Shown here: piece after piece, positions 19,700 to 29,177 of the stretch
How the letters are laid out: each line of letters starts with the position of its first letter
Position numbering within the stretch: position 1 is the first letter of the stretch
NCBI GenBank assembly: GCA_037134875.1
Contig: JBAXLH010000001.1
Coordinates: forward strand, 106,646-170,645
Source of the DNA: a bacterium
Lineage (GTDB): Bacteria; Patescibacteriota; Minisyncoccia; Phycocordibacterales; DATDWN01
Direction: 5' to 3'
DNA length: 64,000 nt
Position numbers and translations under genes: made by a program
The notes under the pieces: generated by a model
What the model was told of the DNA's origin: nothing
What the model saw: the letters and a program-made list of their open reading frames with translations, nothing else
Database searches by the model: none

Positions 19700-20227
19700 T
19701 TAATTGTTTCGGGCAATATAGTCTTCCAATCGGTCATTCAATCTGGCCACCTCCTCTTTGGTGGGAGAATCTTCACAGCTATCTAGGAAACTGCGTATAA
19801 ATACACAGTATTCGTTGTGGGTAAATTTTTTTAAATCATTCTCTCCTGTAAACGCTCCGATAAACTTTACAAGGTGTGATTTAAAATCTGCCAACTTAAT
19901 CATTTTTCCGCCCCATGAGATATGTTTAATTTTTTCGTAATACTCTTTTTTCTCTTCTGCGTTGTAGTTTTTTGGATGAGAAACTTCCTCTACCATCTGA
20001 GCTACATTTTTTCCAAAAATATTTTCAATTTCGTCATATGTAGTATCGGTATCTTCCAATGTATCGTGAAGCAACCCAGCAATTAAAATATCTGGATCAT
20101 TGACCCCAAAATCTTCTTTCAATATCTGGCATACTTCCAAAAAATGATTTCCTGTGCCAGCCTCTTTAAATTTCCTCTCTGCAAATTCTTTTGCCAACTC
20201 TATTTTATTTTGATGTAATTCTTCCAT
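19700..20227 (-). CDS. HD-domain protein, RelA/SpoT-like (p)ppGpp hydrolase domain only (small alarmone hydrolase-like)
   Basis: HD motif GLLHDTLEDTD within the SpoT hydrolase-domain pattern. 175 aa. Confidence 0.6.
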   Translation of the reverse strand: MEELHQNKIELAKEFAERKFKEAGTGNHFLEVCQILKEDFGVNDPDILIAGLLHDTLEDTDTTYDEIENIFGKNVAQMVEEVSHPKNYNAEEKKEYYEKIKHISWGGKMIKLADFKSHLVKFIGAFTGENDLKKFTHNEYCVFIRSFLDSCEDSPTKEEVARLNDRLEDYIARNN

Positions 20228-20248
20228 ATGTATAGTATATCAACCGGT

Positions 20249-20263
20249 GCTGCGGGACTTGGA
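20249..20263 (-). repeat. partial direct repeat of tRNA-Gln 3' end (island boundary / att remnant)
   Basis: 15/15 nt identical to 40477-40491 (gctgcgggacttgga), same orientation as the intact tRNA-Gln. Confidence 0.55.
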
Positions 20264-20544
20264 ATTTCTCCTCCGAATTTTTTCGTCTCGACAGACGAAA
20301 AAATTCTAGGCGCCGGATTGTCGACAAGCCGTGGTCGGCTCGTAAACCGCCAATCCGTTCAAATCCAAGTCGCAAATTTTCAATTTGCTTCCCGTCAGCA
20401 AAGCTAATGCTTCGCCTTTGCTTTGCTGACTGACTCGGTCTAGAACCATCCACGGTGAGACACCGTAAGGGTTCCTTGAGTACTTTTAGTGTAACAAATT
20501 TAGGGCTCTCAGTCGGGCTACCTCAAGCGCGAGTGTTACAAATG

Positions 20545-21861
20545 TTACGACTTTTTCCGTCGTTTCGGGCGAGCCGCCTTTTTGGCTCGCTTCTCCTCCC
20601 ATTTACGCTTCTCCTCAGCTTCCCGGGCAGCCATCTCCTCGGGAGGAACCACTCTCATATGCTCCAAGATCTTATAGCCCTTTAGGTGTTTAAGAGGATC
20701 AACAAAGTGGTACCACGGATGCATTGTGCTCCAAGTCTTACCGTCCTTCACCTCACTCGTCGACTGGGACTTAACCATGTCCTTGGGAGGCAAGAAGTCT
20801 TTGTTATCTTCCAACAGAAAGATTTCGCAATGAATACCCTGACCGTAACGGCTGATAGTACGAGATTTAAGGAGCCCATCCTTGACCCACTTTTTGAGGG
20901 TTTGGTGCTTAAGGTTGAAAGCTCGATCAAGATCCCACTTGCTGTACCAGCTATCTTTATCCTTCGCTAAGGAAGCCGGGATCTCTCCCTCATCGATAGC
21001 TTTCTGACAGACCAAACACTTCACGCCGTACTCGTCGTACCAACTGCCATCATCTTGCGATGACTCTCCGCATATAGCGCAGTTGCGACCACGACCTTCA
21101 AGAATGAAGCCCTTCGGATTTGCCTTTAATTTTTCTGCCCACTCCTCCTCTTGTTTCTTGAATTCTTCCATGAGCTTGCCGAGCTGTTCCATGTTGTACT
21201 TGGACTGCTCATACTCCCGACCTTCTTCGTCGGTCATACAGAAACGATCACGATCAGTGGCGAAGTTTGGATCAAACTCTTCGTCTTTAGGCGTTGACCA
21301 TTCGTGCTCGTCGACTTCAACATGTCCGCACTTCGGACACGTACGAGTGATAACGCATTTCTTTTTGTCGTCCTCTACTTTTTCTTCATAGGCAACATCG
21401 CAGCGCGGACAGAGGTGCGGCTTTACTCTCCACTCCTCACCATCAGAGAAAAAAGAACGCATCGGCAAACACTTGTTCGGGCATTCGTACATAAAGAGCA
21501 CTCGGTCTGGCTTATCCATCTCCATCCAAAGTTGCGAGAATGTCGGCTTTACCAAGTTGCGGCATGTGAGACAGCGAATGCCTTCTGGTGCTTTCGCATT
21601 CTCAAGTAAGTCATCGCGATTACGGTCGGCATCCATCCACTCGCGAATTGTTTTAGACTTATTCGTATACCGCTCTCCCTTGTCCATGTAGAGCATGAAC
21701 TTCTTTACTCCCGCCTTAACGCGCTCGTGCTCCTCTTTGTCTGTCCCCTCGGGGATATCGTCATCGCCGTCAAAAAGCTTTTCAGTCCTGCGGCATTTTT
21801 CAACCGTAAAACGGTCGTATAGGTCAGAATAGTAGAGATGGTCTTTAAGGTGTTTAGTCAT
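20545..21861 (-). CDS. hypothetical Cys-rich multi-zinc-ribbon protein with basic C-terminal tail
   Basis: Multiple CxxC pairs (CLTCRN, CPNKC, CPRCD, CPKCGH, CAICGE, CLVCQK). Tail KRKWEEKRAKKAARPKRRKKS. Island cargo. Confidence 0.5.
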   Translation of the reverse strand: MTKHLKDHLYYSDLYDRFTVEKCRRTEKLFDGDDDIPEGTDKEEHERVKAGVKKFMLYMDKGERYTNKSKTIREWMDADRNRDDLLENAKAPEGIRCLTCRNLVKPTFSQLWMEMDKPDRVLFMYECPNKCLPMRSFFSDGEEWRVKPHLCPRCDVAYEEKVEDDKKKCVITRTCPKCGHVEVDEHEWSTPKDEEFDPNFATDRDRFCMTDEEGREYEQSKYNMEQLGKLMEEFKKQEEEWAEKLKANPKGFILEGRGRNCAICGESSQDDGSWYDEYGVKCLVCQKAIDEGEIPASLAKDKDSWYSKWDLDRAFNLKHQTLKKWVKDGLLKSRTISRYGQGIHCEIFLLEDNKDFLPPKDMVKSQSTSEVKDGKTWSTMHPWYHFVDPLKHLKGYKILEHMRVVPPEEMAAREAEEKRKWEEKRAKKAARPKRRKKS

Positions 21862-21885
21862 ATCTATATTAAAATTATATAAAAT

Positions 21886-22032
21886 ATGAAAAAGAAGAAA
21901 AAGAGGCAGCTTACCGAGACCGAAGAAAAGGACGTGGATCGCTTTGTAGATAGGCTTGCGGAGATTTTACTCATGCAAGTTGAGCAGGAAGCACTAGCTA
22001 AAGAACTGCCAGGGAATGATAAGAAACGATAG
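21886..22032 (+). CDS. hypothetical small basic protein (48 aa), not in ORF track
   Basis: MKKKKKRQLTETEEKDVDRFVDRLAEILLMQVEQEALAKELPGNDKKR. Lies in the divergent intergenic region. Confidence 0.2.
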   Translation: MKKKKKRQLTETEEKDVDRFVDRLAEILLMQVEQEALAKELPGNDKKR

Positions 22033-22245
22033 GAATTGACATGAGTTGATAAGCGTGTGGTTATCCACAGTTATCTTTTTTAAGACCGGACAGATTATTT
22101 TGAGAAGCGTACAATGGTTAGTGAGAGCTATCCCTCCTAACGGTCTTCGTTTTGGATATAAACAGCTAACTCTCTTTATTGAAAAAAAGAGCGTCTTTTT
22201 GCTGTTACCAACTAACCAATACTAAGCGGTCGACTTATATCGCTG

Positions 22246-23661
22246 ATGCGAACTCCGCGTCACGAATCTTTTATCGAAATCAATTCGACACTCTTTCATA
22301 TTATCCAGCTAGTTTATAACCCCATGATTAAAAACAGTCTAAAGATTGAGTACGTTCCTATCGACTCACTCCATCACGTGGAATACAACCCACGTATTAT
22401 CAACGAAACTACGAAAGCATCAGTACGCGCGAGTATTGAGATGCACGGTATACAAGACCCCCTCATCATCAACCGTGCCCCCGAACGCAAGGGCGGTATT
22501 ATCGGCGGCAACCTCCGCTACGAGGTCATGAAGGATCTCGGCTTCACCGAAGTGCCCGTTATTTTTGTCGACATTCCAGAACTCGAACGAGAGAAAGATC
22601 TGTGCTTGCGTCTCAATAAGGCCGTCGGAGAGTGGGACCTCATCTTACTCGCCGAATTCGATGAGTCCTTCCTAACCAATGTAGGCTTCAACAGCGAGGA
22701 GATTGATGAAATATTTCCGGTCGACGAGACTCCGACTGAGTTCTCGCTCAAGCACGAACTTGAAAAGATAGGTATAGACGGTGTGACCGTAAAGAAAGGC
22801 GACCTATACGATCTCGATGGCTCCCGGCTCTATGTCGGCGATTCAACCGTCGAGTCAGACATGCTCGCCCTCTTTGGTGAGCACAAAGCAGATATGTGTA
22901 TGACCGACCCGCCGTACGATCTTGCATACCTCCACGGTAAAAAGCGTAACGGCAAAGCGACCGAAGGGTTCGGGCTCAAGCGTGATCGTAAGTATCTCGA
23001 AACCGATGAGTTGCCGGATGACTTTACGGATTTGTGGATGGCCAATGTCGCTAAAATTCAAAAGCCCGACTTCTCGATTATTGTCTACGAAGCTCCGAAG
23101 AACCTGCGCACCATTTGGAACGCGCTCGAGGCTCACTGGAAGTACCGCAACACGATAGTCTGGACGATTCCGAATCGTGTGCAAGGATTTTCAGCCAAGC
23201 TCAAGTTCTTCAATAAGCACGACATCGCTGTTGTAGGGACTTCGGGTGAGGTCGCGCTCCATACCGAGCCGGAAGACAACTTGCTATTCCAAAACGAATA
23301 TGAGACAGCTCTGTTTGCCACCTCAGGTAGGCCGCATTGGGAGTCGTATGGAAAAGACAAGCGATACTGTCCGACCGATGTTATTGACCACGTAGCTGCC
23401 GATGAAAAAGCATCAGGGCAAGGCATCATCTTTGGAGTGAAGCCGCTCCCTATACTCATCCCGTACATTAAGGTGCTGACCAAGCGTGGTGACATCGTTG
23501 TTGAACCCTTTGGAGGAAGCGGGTCGACCCTCATCGCCTCAAACACTATCGGTCGTCGCTGCTTCATTATGGAGAAGGTGCCGACCTATGCTGAGGTCAT
23601 TCTGAACCGCTGGGAGAAGTTCTCGGGCAAGAAGCGGGTAAAGATCCATGCACAAGCGTGA
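22246..23661 (+). CDS. ParB-like nuclease domain / DNA methyltransferase (N4/N6, DPPY) fusion
   Basis: N-terminal ParB domain (IEYVPIDSL...GGNLRYEVM). Methyltransferase motif IV DPPY (MTDPPYDLAY) and motif I FGGSGST. Confidence 0.8.
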   Translation: MRTPRHESFIEINSTLFHIIQLVYNPMIKNSLKIEYVPIDSLHHVEYNPRIINETTKASVRASIEMHGIQDPLIINRAPERKGGIIGGNLRYEVMKDLGFTEVPVIFVDIPELEREKDLCLRLNKAVGEWDLILLAEFDESFLTNVGFNSEEIDEIFPVDETPTEFSLKHELEKIGIDGVTVKKGDLYDLDGSRLYVGDSTVESDMLALFGEHKADMCMTDPPYDLAYLHGKKRNGKATEGFGLKRDRKYLETDELPDDFTDLWMANVAKIQKPDFSIIVYEAPKNLRTIWNALEAHWKYRNTIVWTIPNRVQGFSAKLKFFNKHDIAVVGTSGEVALHTEPEDNLLFQNEYETALFATSGRPHWESYGKDKRYCPTDVIDHVAADEKASGQGIIFGVKPLPILIPYIKVLTKRGDIVVEPFGGSGSTLIASNTIGRRCFIMEKVPTYAEVILNRWEKFSGKKRVKIHAQA

Positions 23662-24544
23662 TCAGCAAACCACACTGATTAAAACCCTCGCTGAGGGATA
23701 CACCATAACCGCCGCCTGCAAGCGAGCGGGTGTCTCTCGCATGTTCTATAACCGGCACTACAAGACAGATCTTGAATTCCGAAAGAAAGTAGACCGCGCG
23801 TATGTACTTGGCAAGCAAGTGAATGACGACCGTGTGTTGTCTGTGTACATGAAGCAGATAAATGAGGCTAGGGACTGGCGGCCCATTAAATATTATCTAG
23901 AACATAACGTGGGACCATACATGCAAAAAAATACTCCCTCACCGCCTGCGGCGGGTATGCTCAGTAGAGTTGAGGCTGCAACGTCTGAAATAGAAAAGTA
24001 CACCCAGTTCATTCGCTGGAGTTCCATGACTGCTGAAGAGCGTGCGTGGCACGGTATTGAAACGCGAGAGCAGTTTTGTAAGGCATACCAAGTACCAAAC
24101 CTTGGCATGCTTGCAATCTGGACACAACGTAAAGACTTCGAGCCACGAGTTAAAACGCTTCGCGAAGAATGGGTCTTTTCTAAAACCAGTGAGATACTCG
24201 GTGGCGTATATACAGCCGCTAGCAATGGTGATCACAAAAGTCAGAAACTATGGCTAGAGCATGTGTATCACATGACCGAAAAGAAGGAGGAAAATGTTCC
24301 AGGCCAAGTAGTAATTGCGCCGGGTGATATTAGATTCCTCATTGAGTCACTACCCGAGCCTCTCAAAACGAAACACTATTCGAGACTGAGAGAGCTCCTC
24401 GACGACTCAGCTGCAGCTGCTCAAGCAGGGACGCTTAAGGACTATCAGGACGCAGGGATCTTGGATAAAAATGGAGAAATAATAAATGACCTCGAGGGCA
24501 AGGAGCGTGACATAAATCACAAGCTAGACATCTATGACATCTAG
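23648..24544 (+). CDS. hypothetical HTH protein (terminase-small-subunit/transposase-like N-terminal HTH)
   Basis: TITAACKRAGVSRMFYNRHY HTH-like segment. Otherwise unknown. Confidence 0.4.
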   Translation: MHKRDQQTTLIKTLAEGYTITAACKRAGVSRMFYNRHYKTDLEFRKKVDRAYVLGKQVNDDRVLSVYMKQINEARDWRPIKYYLEHNVGPYMQKNTPSPPAAGMLSRVEAATSEIEKYTQFIRWSSMTAEERAWHGIETREQFCKAYQVPNLGMLAIWTQRKDFEPRVKTLREEWVFSKTSEILGGVYTAASNGDHKSQKLWLEHVYHMTEKKEENVPGQVVIAPGDIRFLIESLPEPLKTKHYSRLRELLDDSAAAAQAGTLKDYQDAGILDKNGEIINDLEGKERDINHKLDIYDI

Positions 24545-24801
24545 CGTCTCTTACGAGGTTCACTAAAAAGGTTGAGCTGGCTGGAGGGAGGTGGTGGCTT
24601 CTGCCTCTTCTCAATCTGCCACAATAGCTGCAAGAGCTTGAGTAAGTAGTGCCATATGGCATAGGCCTCTCCGAGCGAAATATTGCGCCCTGTGGCCTCC
24701 TTGATGATCCGCCGAAGCTCGGTAGCGCTTTGCTTGGAGAGAATAGCCATAAGGCCATTCCAGCTTAGATCTGGAGGTTTGCGAAGTGGGTTGTCTACAC
24801 G

Positions 24802-25395
24802 CTACTTTGAGAGAGATTGAATATCTGCGCGAGCCTTTGTGATATCGTCAGTGACCTTCTGCTCATCTGCACGTAACTTAGTAGTTGTTACTTCTTTGAT
24901 CTGCCAACTAACTGCGTCGCCAGCCCAGAGACAGATATCGCTTGCCGCGTTATTGATATCCTCATTCCAATTACCGAGCGCATCGGGTGAAGTGCCGGAG
25001 TATAAGTTATCGGCTTCTTGATAGGCACTCATTGCGTTAGTGCCCGGATCATTCTTGAGGCAGGTATTGGTGCGGAATGAACCGAGCTGGCTTGCGGCCG
25101 AACTTGGATCGTTAAGCGCTTTCAGACCTGCGTTCGCATCTGCGTACTGCGTTGTGCCGAGCACAGTCTTGGCAGAGCTTAATAACGACACGTAGTGGTC
25201 GGTGCTTGCCGAAAGAATTGCAGCAACCTTTTGCTTATCTGGAGCAGACGATGTCGCGACTACTACAGGATTTTGCACGGGCGCACTTTCCTGTGCCTGC
25301 TTGATAGGCTGCGGCGTATTTAGACCAATTATAAGTAACAAAACAAAACCGAGAACAACTACTCCGACAACGGAGTAGAGAACTTTTTTAGCCAT
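24802..25395 (-). CDS. hypothetical secreted/membrane-anchored protein
   Basis: N-terminal TM helix VLYSVVGVVVLGFVLLLIIGL. GC-rich island cargo. Confidence 0.45.
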   Translation of the reverse strand: MAKKVLYSVVGVVVLGFVLLLIIGLNTPQPIKQAQESAPVQNPVVVATSSAPDKQKVAAILSASTDHYVSLLSSAKTVLGTTQYADANAGLKALNDPSSAASQLGSFRTNTCLKNDPGTNAMSAYQEADNLYSGTSPDALGNWNEDINNAASDICLWAGDAVSWQIKEVTTTKLRADEQKVTDDITKARADIQSLSK

Positions 25396-25560
25396 AAAAT
25401 CTAGCGGGATTTTAGATGGTGGGAACCCTCAGGTAATCAAAAGGCTCCTCGCCATTGCGATGAGAACCTTTCGGCCCCCACCCATACCGGTTTCCCGATA
25501 TGACCCGCTAGAGTGACTCTGACGAGGAGTCCTTTGATCTCTAGCGGGATTTGCAACCAT
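25396..25560 (-). promoter_or_regulatory. candidate structured 5' leader with triplicated 9-nt motif (mutually exclusive helices)
   Basis: tctagcggg at 25400-25408 and 25540-25548; its complement cccgctaga at 25505-25513. GC-rich nested helices between (ggtggg/cccacc, gggaacc/ggtttccc). The proximal motif abuts the start codon at 25395. Confidence 0.3.
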
Positions 25561-25698
25561 ATCCTAAGAATTTGACTTCCTAGGGGTTAGGTCGGCTTAT
25601 ATTCAATTGTGCAAGTACATGATAGCAGAAATTGCTATCGTTTGACCACCTTAGCTTAGCTTTGAGAGCTTGCAAAGTAGGTTATCTACTCCTCAATT

Positions 25699-26268
25699 TT
25701 AATGAAAAGTGACACCGCTCTTTTTGAGCTCATTACGTACCTCAGCATAGTTCGGAATAGTCTGTGATACGAGTTTCCAAAACTTCTTTGAATGATTAAA
25801 TTCTTTTAGGTGGCAGAGCTCGTGGACAATTATGTAATCAGATAGAGGCTTTGGTAAAAGTGCGATTTTATAGTTGAAATTAAGGTTACCTTTTCGAGAA
25901 CAGCTACCCCAACGCGTCTTCTGATTTTTGATATTGATCCGATTGAAATTAAACTCCCGTTTCTGATTGAAGTAGTTAACTCGATTTACTGCCAGTTTAT
26001 ATGCCTCGTCTTTGTACTTGAGGTAGTCCTCTTGGCTATACCTCGCAATTGCCTTACCCTTGAACTGCTTGAAAAAAGCAATTTTTGAGAAAAGCCATTC
26101 ACTTTTCTCATTAATGAATTTGTCGACAATGGTTTCTTTGAGATCAAAAGGGGTCGTGACCACAATGCTCCCATCACAGTACACAGCAAGGCGCATTCTT
26201 CGTGCCCGATGACTTTTTCGGAGAGTATAGGTAACTTGTTTATTTTCAAGTGCTATATGTTTCTTCAT
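25699..26268 (-). CDS. YgjP-like (DUF45) metal-dependent hydrolase
   Basis: WGSC...HELCHLKEFNHSKKFW (HExxH in DUF45 context). Immediately downstream of hsdR. Confidence 0.7.
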   Translation of the reverse strand: MKKHIALENKQVTYTLRKSHRARRMRLAVYCDGSIVVTTPFDLKETIVDKFINEKSEWLFSKIAFFKQFKGKAIARYSQEDYLKYKDEAYKLAVNRVNYFNQKREFNFNRINIKNQKTRWGSCSRKGNLNFNYKIALLPKPLSDYIIVHELCHLKEFNHSKKFWKLVSQTIPNYAEVRNELKKSGVTFH

Positions 26269-26270
26269 GG

Positions 26271-29177
26271 TTAGAATTTTTTGACCACAATATCGACCAG
26301 ACGGTTGAGATATTTATGAAAGTCGTCAACCTTAATTTTTTCTCTATATTCTTTAAGTACCAACTCTTGAACAATGCGCTTTACTTCTTTCAAGAATTCA
26401 TCACGTTTCGAGGACTCTTGCCAACCCTCATCGAGCACATCCTCAAGTCGTGCTGTCATATCCTTTATGAAGTCCCTGATCACGTCTTTATCTCCCGTGA
26501 TAAATTCCTCAGAGATAACAAACAGGCCATATTCATTGAGGGAATACCCGAGCTCCTTAGCCTCGTCTCCTTTTTTCTTTATATCTTCAAGAAGCCCTTG
26601 GTATCGCTTGATACGTTCCGATAAATCAATTTGATTTTGTTCAAACTCTTTCCTGATTGCTGAAAGTCGTTCACTAAACTTTTTATACGCAGGATTAGTA
26701 TCGACATTTATAGAGATTTCCTGCTTAAGCATTTTCTCAAGATTGAGAGCTTTCTCCTCATCATCCATCTTATTAAGACGCTCCATAACGTAAAGGTCGT
26801 TGACATTAAGCTCACGGAAATTCTTAGTGATGCCTTCGTAGTCCACACGTTGCTGGATAAGAAGTTTAACTTTCTCGCCAAACTCAGCAAGAAGTTCTGC
26901 ATCAGTTGTTCTCGCTCCGTATTCTTTGTCAAACGCAATATAAACACTGGCAAGCCACTCAAATGCTCGGATATGTGTTTTCAGGAAGGGGTCTGGCGAG
27001 AGTACCTCAAACAAAAGCTTAAGACGGGCATATTTTTCACGGAAAAACTTCTGCTTGTCTGTATTCTCCGCAAAAATCTTCAAACAGCGGCGCAGGTTTT
27101 CAATTGAAGGATCTTCAATATTTACACCCACGAATACATCCATAATTTCGTCAAGTACGTCGACGAATTCTTCTTTGAGTTTATCGATATTGATCATCGC
27201 AGAATCAACCACACTCTCGTCAAAATTGAGTGCCTTGTGAAGACTCTTGGTAATGCCGTAATAGTCAATTACTTTTCCAGCACCCTTGTTTGGATACACG
27301 CGGTTTGTGCGTGCGATTGCTTGTAGAAGATTATGATCCCAAAGCGGCTTGTCGAGGTACATCACCTGTTCAATTGGGGCATCAAAGCCAGTGAGAAGCA
27401 TGTCGCAGACAAGCAAGAATTTGAGCGGACTATTTGGATCCTTGAATTCATTTATGAGCTTTTCTCGCTTAGCTTTAGTCGTATTGTATTTCTGAAGGTC
27501 CTCAGCACTTGTGTTGGGATCGCCAGCAGAATAGATAACCGCAGACCACTCTTTCGGAATTAACTCATCCAGTATTTCTTTGTATTTTGCCGTCGCTTCA
27601 CGGTCATAGCAGACAACTTGAGCCTTGAAACCAGCAGGCTCTACATAAAGCTTAAAGTGCTCGACTATATCTTGAGCAACAGCACGCATACGCTTATCGA
27701 GTTTAACGATTGCTTCTTTCTTTCCATATTTCTTTGCAACTTGATCCTTCTCTTTATCTGAGAGTCCTTGGGTCAATTCTTCAAACTGCTTGTCTATTTT
27801 CTCCTCATCAATAAAGAATTTTGAGAGTCTAGCCTCATAGGTAACAGGGAGTGTGGCTCCGTCTTCTACGGCTTGCTGAATAGAATAATAATCCAAGTAA
27901 CGTTCGCCCTCCTCGCCGAAGTTACGATGAGTATTAAGTGTTGCCTTATCGATAGGAGTACCGGTAAAGCCAAAGAAGAACGCGTTCTTTAAGGAACTGC
28001 GGAGATTAATTGCCGAAACGCCTTCATTATCTCTATGTGCCTCGTCTGAAAGTACGATAATGTTCTCGTCGAGGTTTTCTGTTGTATTTCCAAGTTCAGA
28101 GAATTTCTGGATTGTAGAAATGAAGATTCCTCTCTCGGAAGACTTTATCTTCTTCTCAAGATCTTGACGCGAATCCACACGAACGACGTTCTTGCCACCA
28201 CAATTTACGAAAGTCTCGTAAATCTGATCATCAAGATCTATACGATCCACTAAGATAAAAATCTTTGGGTTTTTGAGCGCCTTATCAAAGCGTAGCTTCC
28301 AAGCCGTAAAGAACATGGTGAGCGATTTGCCCGACCCTTGAGTATGCCAAATGAGCCCACGCTTCTGGTCACCTCCAGCAACTCGCTCAACAATCTTGTT
28401 TGTTGCTCTAAGTTGCTGGTATCGTGCAATTTTCTTTACAGTGCGCTCCTTTTCTTTTTCAAAAAGAATAAAATTCCTGACTATATCGAGAAGCCTCTCT
28501 TTTGAGAGTAGGGCTGTAAGCGTCATTTCCAACTCTCCCCCTGTTTGTTTTTGAAGCTCTTCATCACGCCAACGTAGAAAGTACTGCGCAGGTGCGTAAG
28601 TAGCTCCGTAGACGGTTTGAAGGCCATCTGTAGCTATGTTGAAGCAGTTAGGCCAAAACAATTTAAAAGCATTTCGCTCATATCGCTTTATCTGTCCAAC
28701 AGCATTGGAATAGTTCACGCTGCTTGCTGCAGTAGGGCTCTTTGCCTCTATATCTACCAAAGGCAAACCATTCAGGAAGACCATTATGTCTGGGCGGATA
28801 TTCTCGGAGTTTCCCTCGAAGTAGAACTGATTGGTAGCGACAAACTGGTTGTTATCGGTTGTCTCAAAATCAACGACGTAGTAGTCGCGCATCTTGCCAG
28901 TCTGAGAATCTTTCAAGTTCACACCATCACGAAGCATTTTAAGAAATGCCTCGTTATTATCTATTTTCTTCACCTCTCGGACAATAGAAATAGCCTCATC
29001 TTCCTGTATTCCGTTAATTCGCTTAACGGCCTCAAGAAGTAGCGGAGTGATAATGTATTCGTTCTCAAACTCACGGAGCTTCGAAAACTCCTGCGATTTG
29101 ATGTATTTGTAACCAAGCTTCTCCTGGAGAAACTTAATGACGTGATTTTCTACTGTGTGTTGTTCGTTGAATTTCAT
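26271..29177 (-). CDS. hsdR: Type I restriction enzyme R subunit
   Basis: 968 aa. SF2 helicase motifs including the DEAH box (VLSDEAHRDNEG). N-terminal nuclease region. Confidence 0.9.
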   Translation of the reverse strand: MKFNEQHTVENHVIKFLQEKLGYKYIKSQEFSKLREFENEYIITPLLLEAVKRINGIQEDEAISIVREVKKIDNNEAFLKMLRDGVNLKDSQTGKMRDYYVVDFETTDNNQFVATNQFYFEGNSENIRPDIMVFLNGLPLVDIEAKSPTAASSVNYSNAVGQIKRYERNAFKLFWPNCFNIATDGLQTVYGATYAPAQYFLRWRDEELQKQTGGELEMTLTALLSKERLLDIVRNFILFEKEKERTVKKIARYQQLRATNKIVERVAGGDQKRGLIWHTQGSGKSLTMFFTAWKLRFDKALKNPKIFILVDRIDLDDQIYETFVNCGGKNVVRVDSRQDLEKKIKSSERGIFISTIQKFSELGNTTENLDENIIVLSDEAHRDNEGVSAINLRSSLKNAFFFGFTGTPIDKATLNTHRNFGEEGERYLDYYSIQQAVEDGATLPVTYEARLSKFFIDEEKIDKQFEELTQGLSDKEKDQVAKKYGKKEAIVKLDKRMRAVAQDIVEHFKLYVEPAGFKAQVVCYDREATAKYKEILDELIPKEWSAVIYSAGDPNTSAEDLQKYNTTKAKREKLINEFKDPNSPLKFLLVCDMLLTGFDAPIEQVMYLDKPLWDHNLLQAIARTNRVYPNKGAGKVIDYYGITKSLHKALNFDESVVDSAMINIDKLKEEFVDVLDEIMDVFVGVNIEDPSIENLRRCLKIFAENTDKQKFFREKYARLKLLFEVLSPDPFLKTHIRAFEWLASVYIAFDKEYGARTTDAELLAEFGEKVKLLIQQRVDYEGITKNFRELNVNDLYVMERLNKMDDEEKALNLEKMLKQEISINVDTNPAYKKFSERLSAIRKEFEQNQIDLSERIKRYQGLLEDIKKKGDEAKELGYSLNEYGLFVISEEFITGDKDVIRDFIKDMTARLEDVLDEGWQESSKRDEFLKEVKRIVQELVLKEYREKIKVDDFHKYLNRLVDIVVKKF

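Noticed and set aside
20264-20544. Possible tmRNA (ssrA): local resemblance to the E. coli tmRNA PK1/resume-codon region (GGCUCGUAAACCGCC...AGUCGCAAAU)
   Set aside because: No T-arm or acceptor 3' end with CCA could be found on either strand. The candidate tag frame (ANFQFASRQQS) lacks the usual Ala-Ala ending. The tRNA-like fragment at 20249-20263 matches tRNA-Gln rather than an Ala-type acceptor. It is better explained as island-terminal DNA; an Infernal tmRNA scan would settle it.
22063-22076. Single consensus DnaA box TTATCCACA as evidence of a replication origin
   Set aside because: One 9-mer is expected by chance about 0.5 times in 64 kb on two strands, and there is no cluster of boxes or AT-rich DUE. 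It is kept only as part of a palindromic operator-like site.
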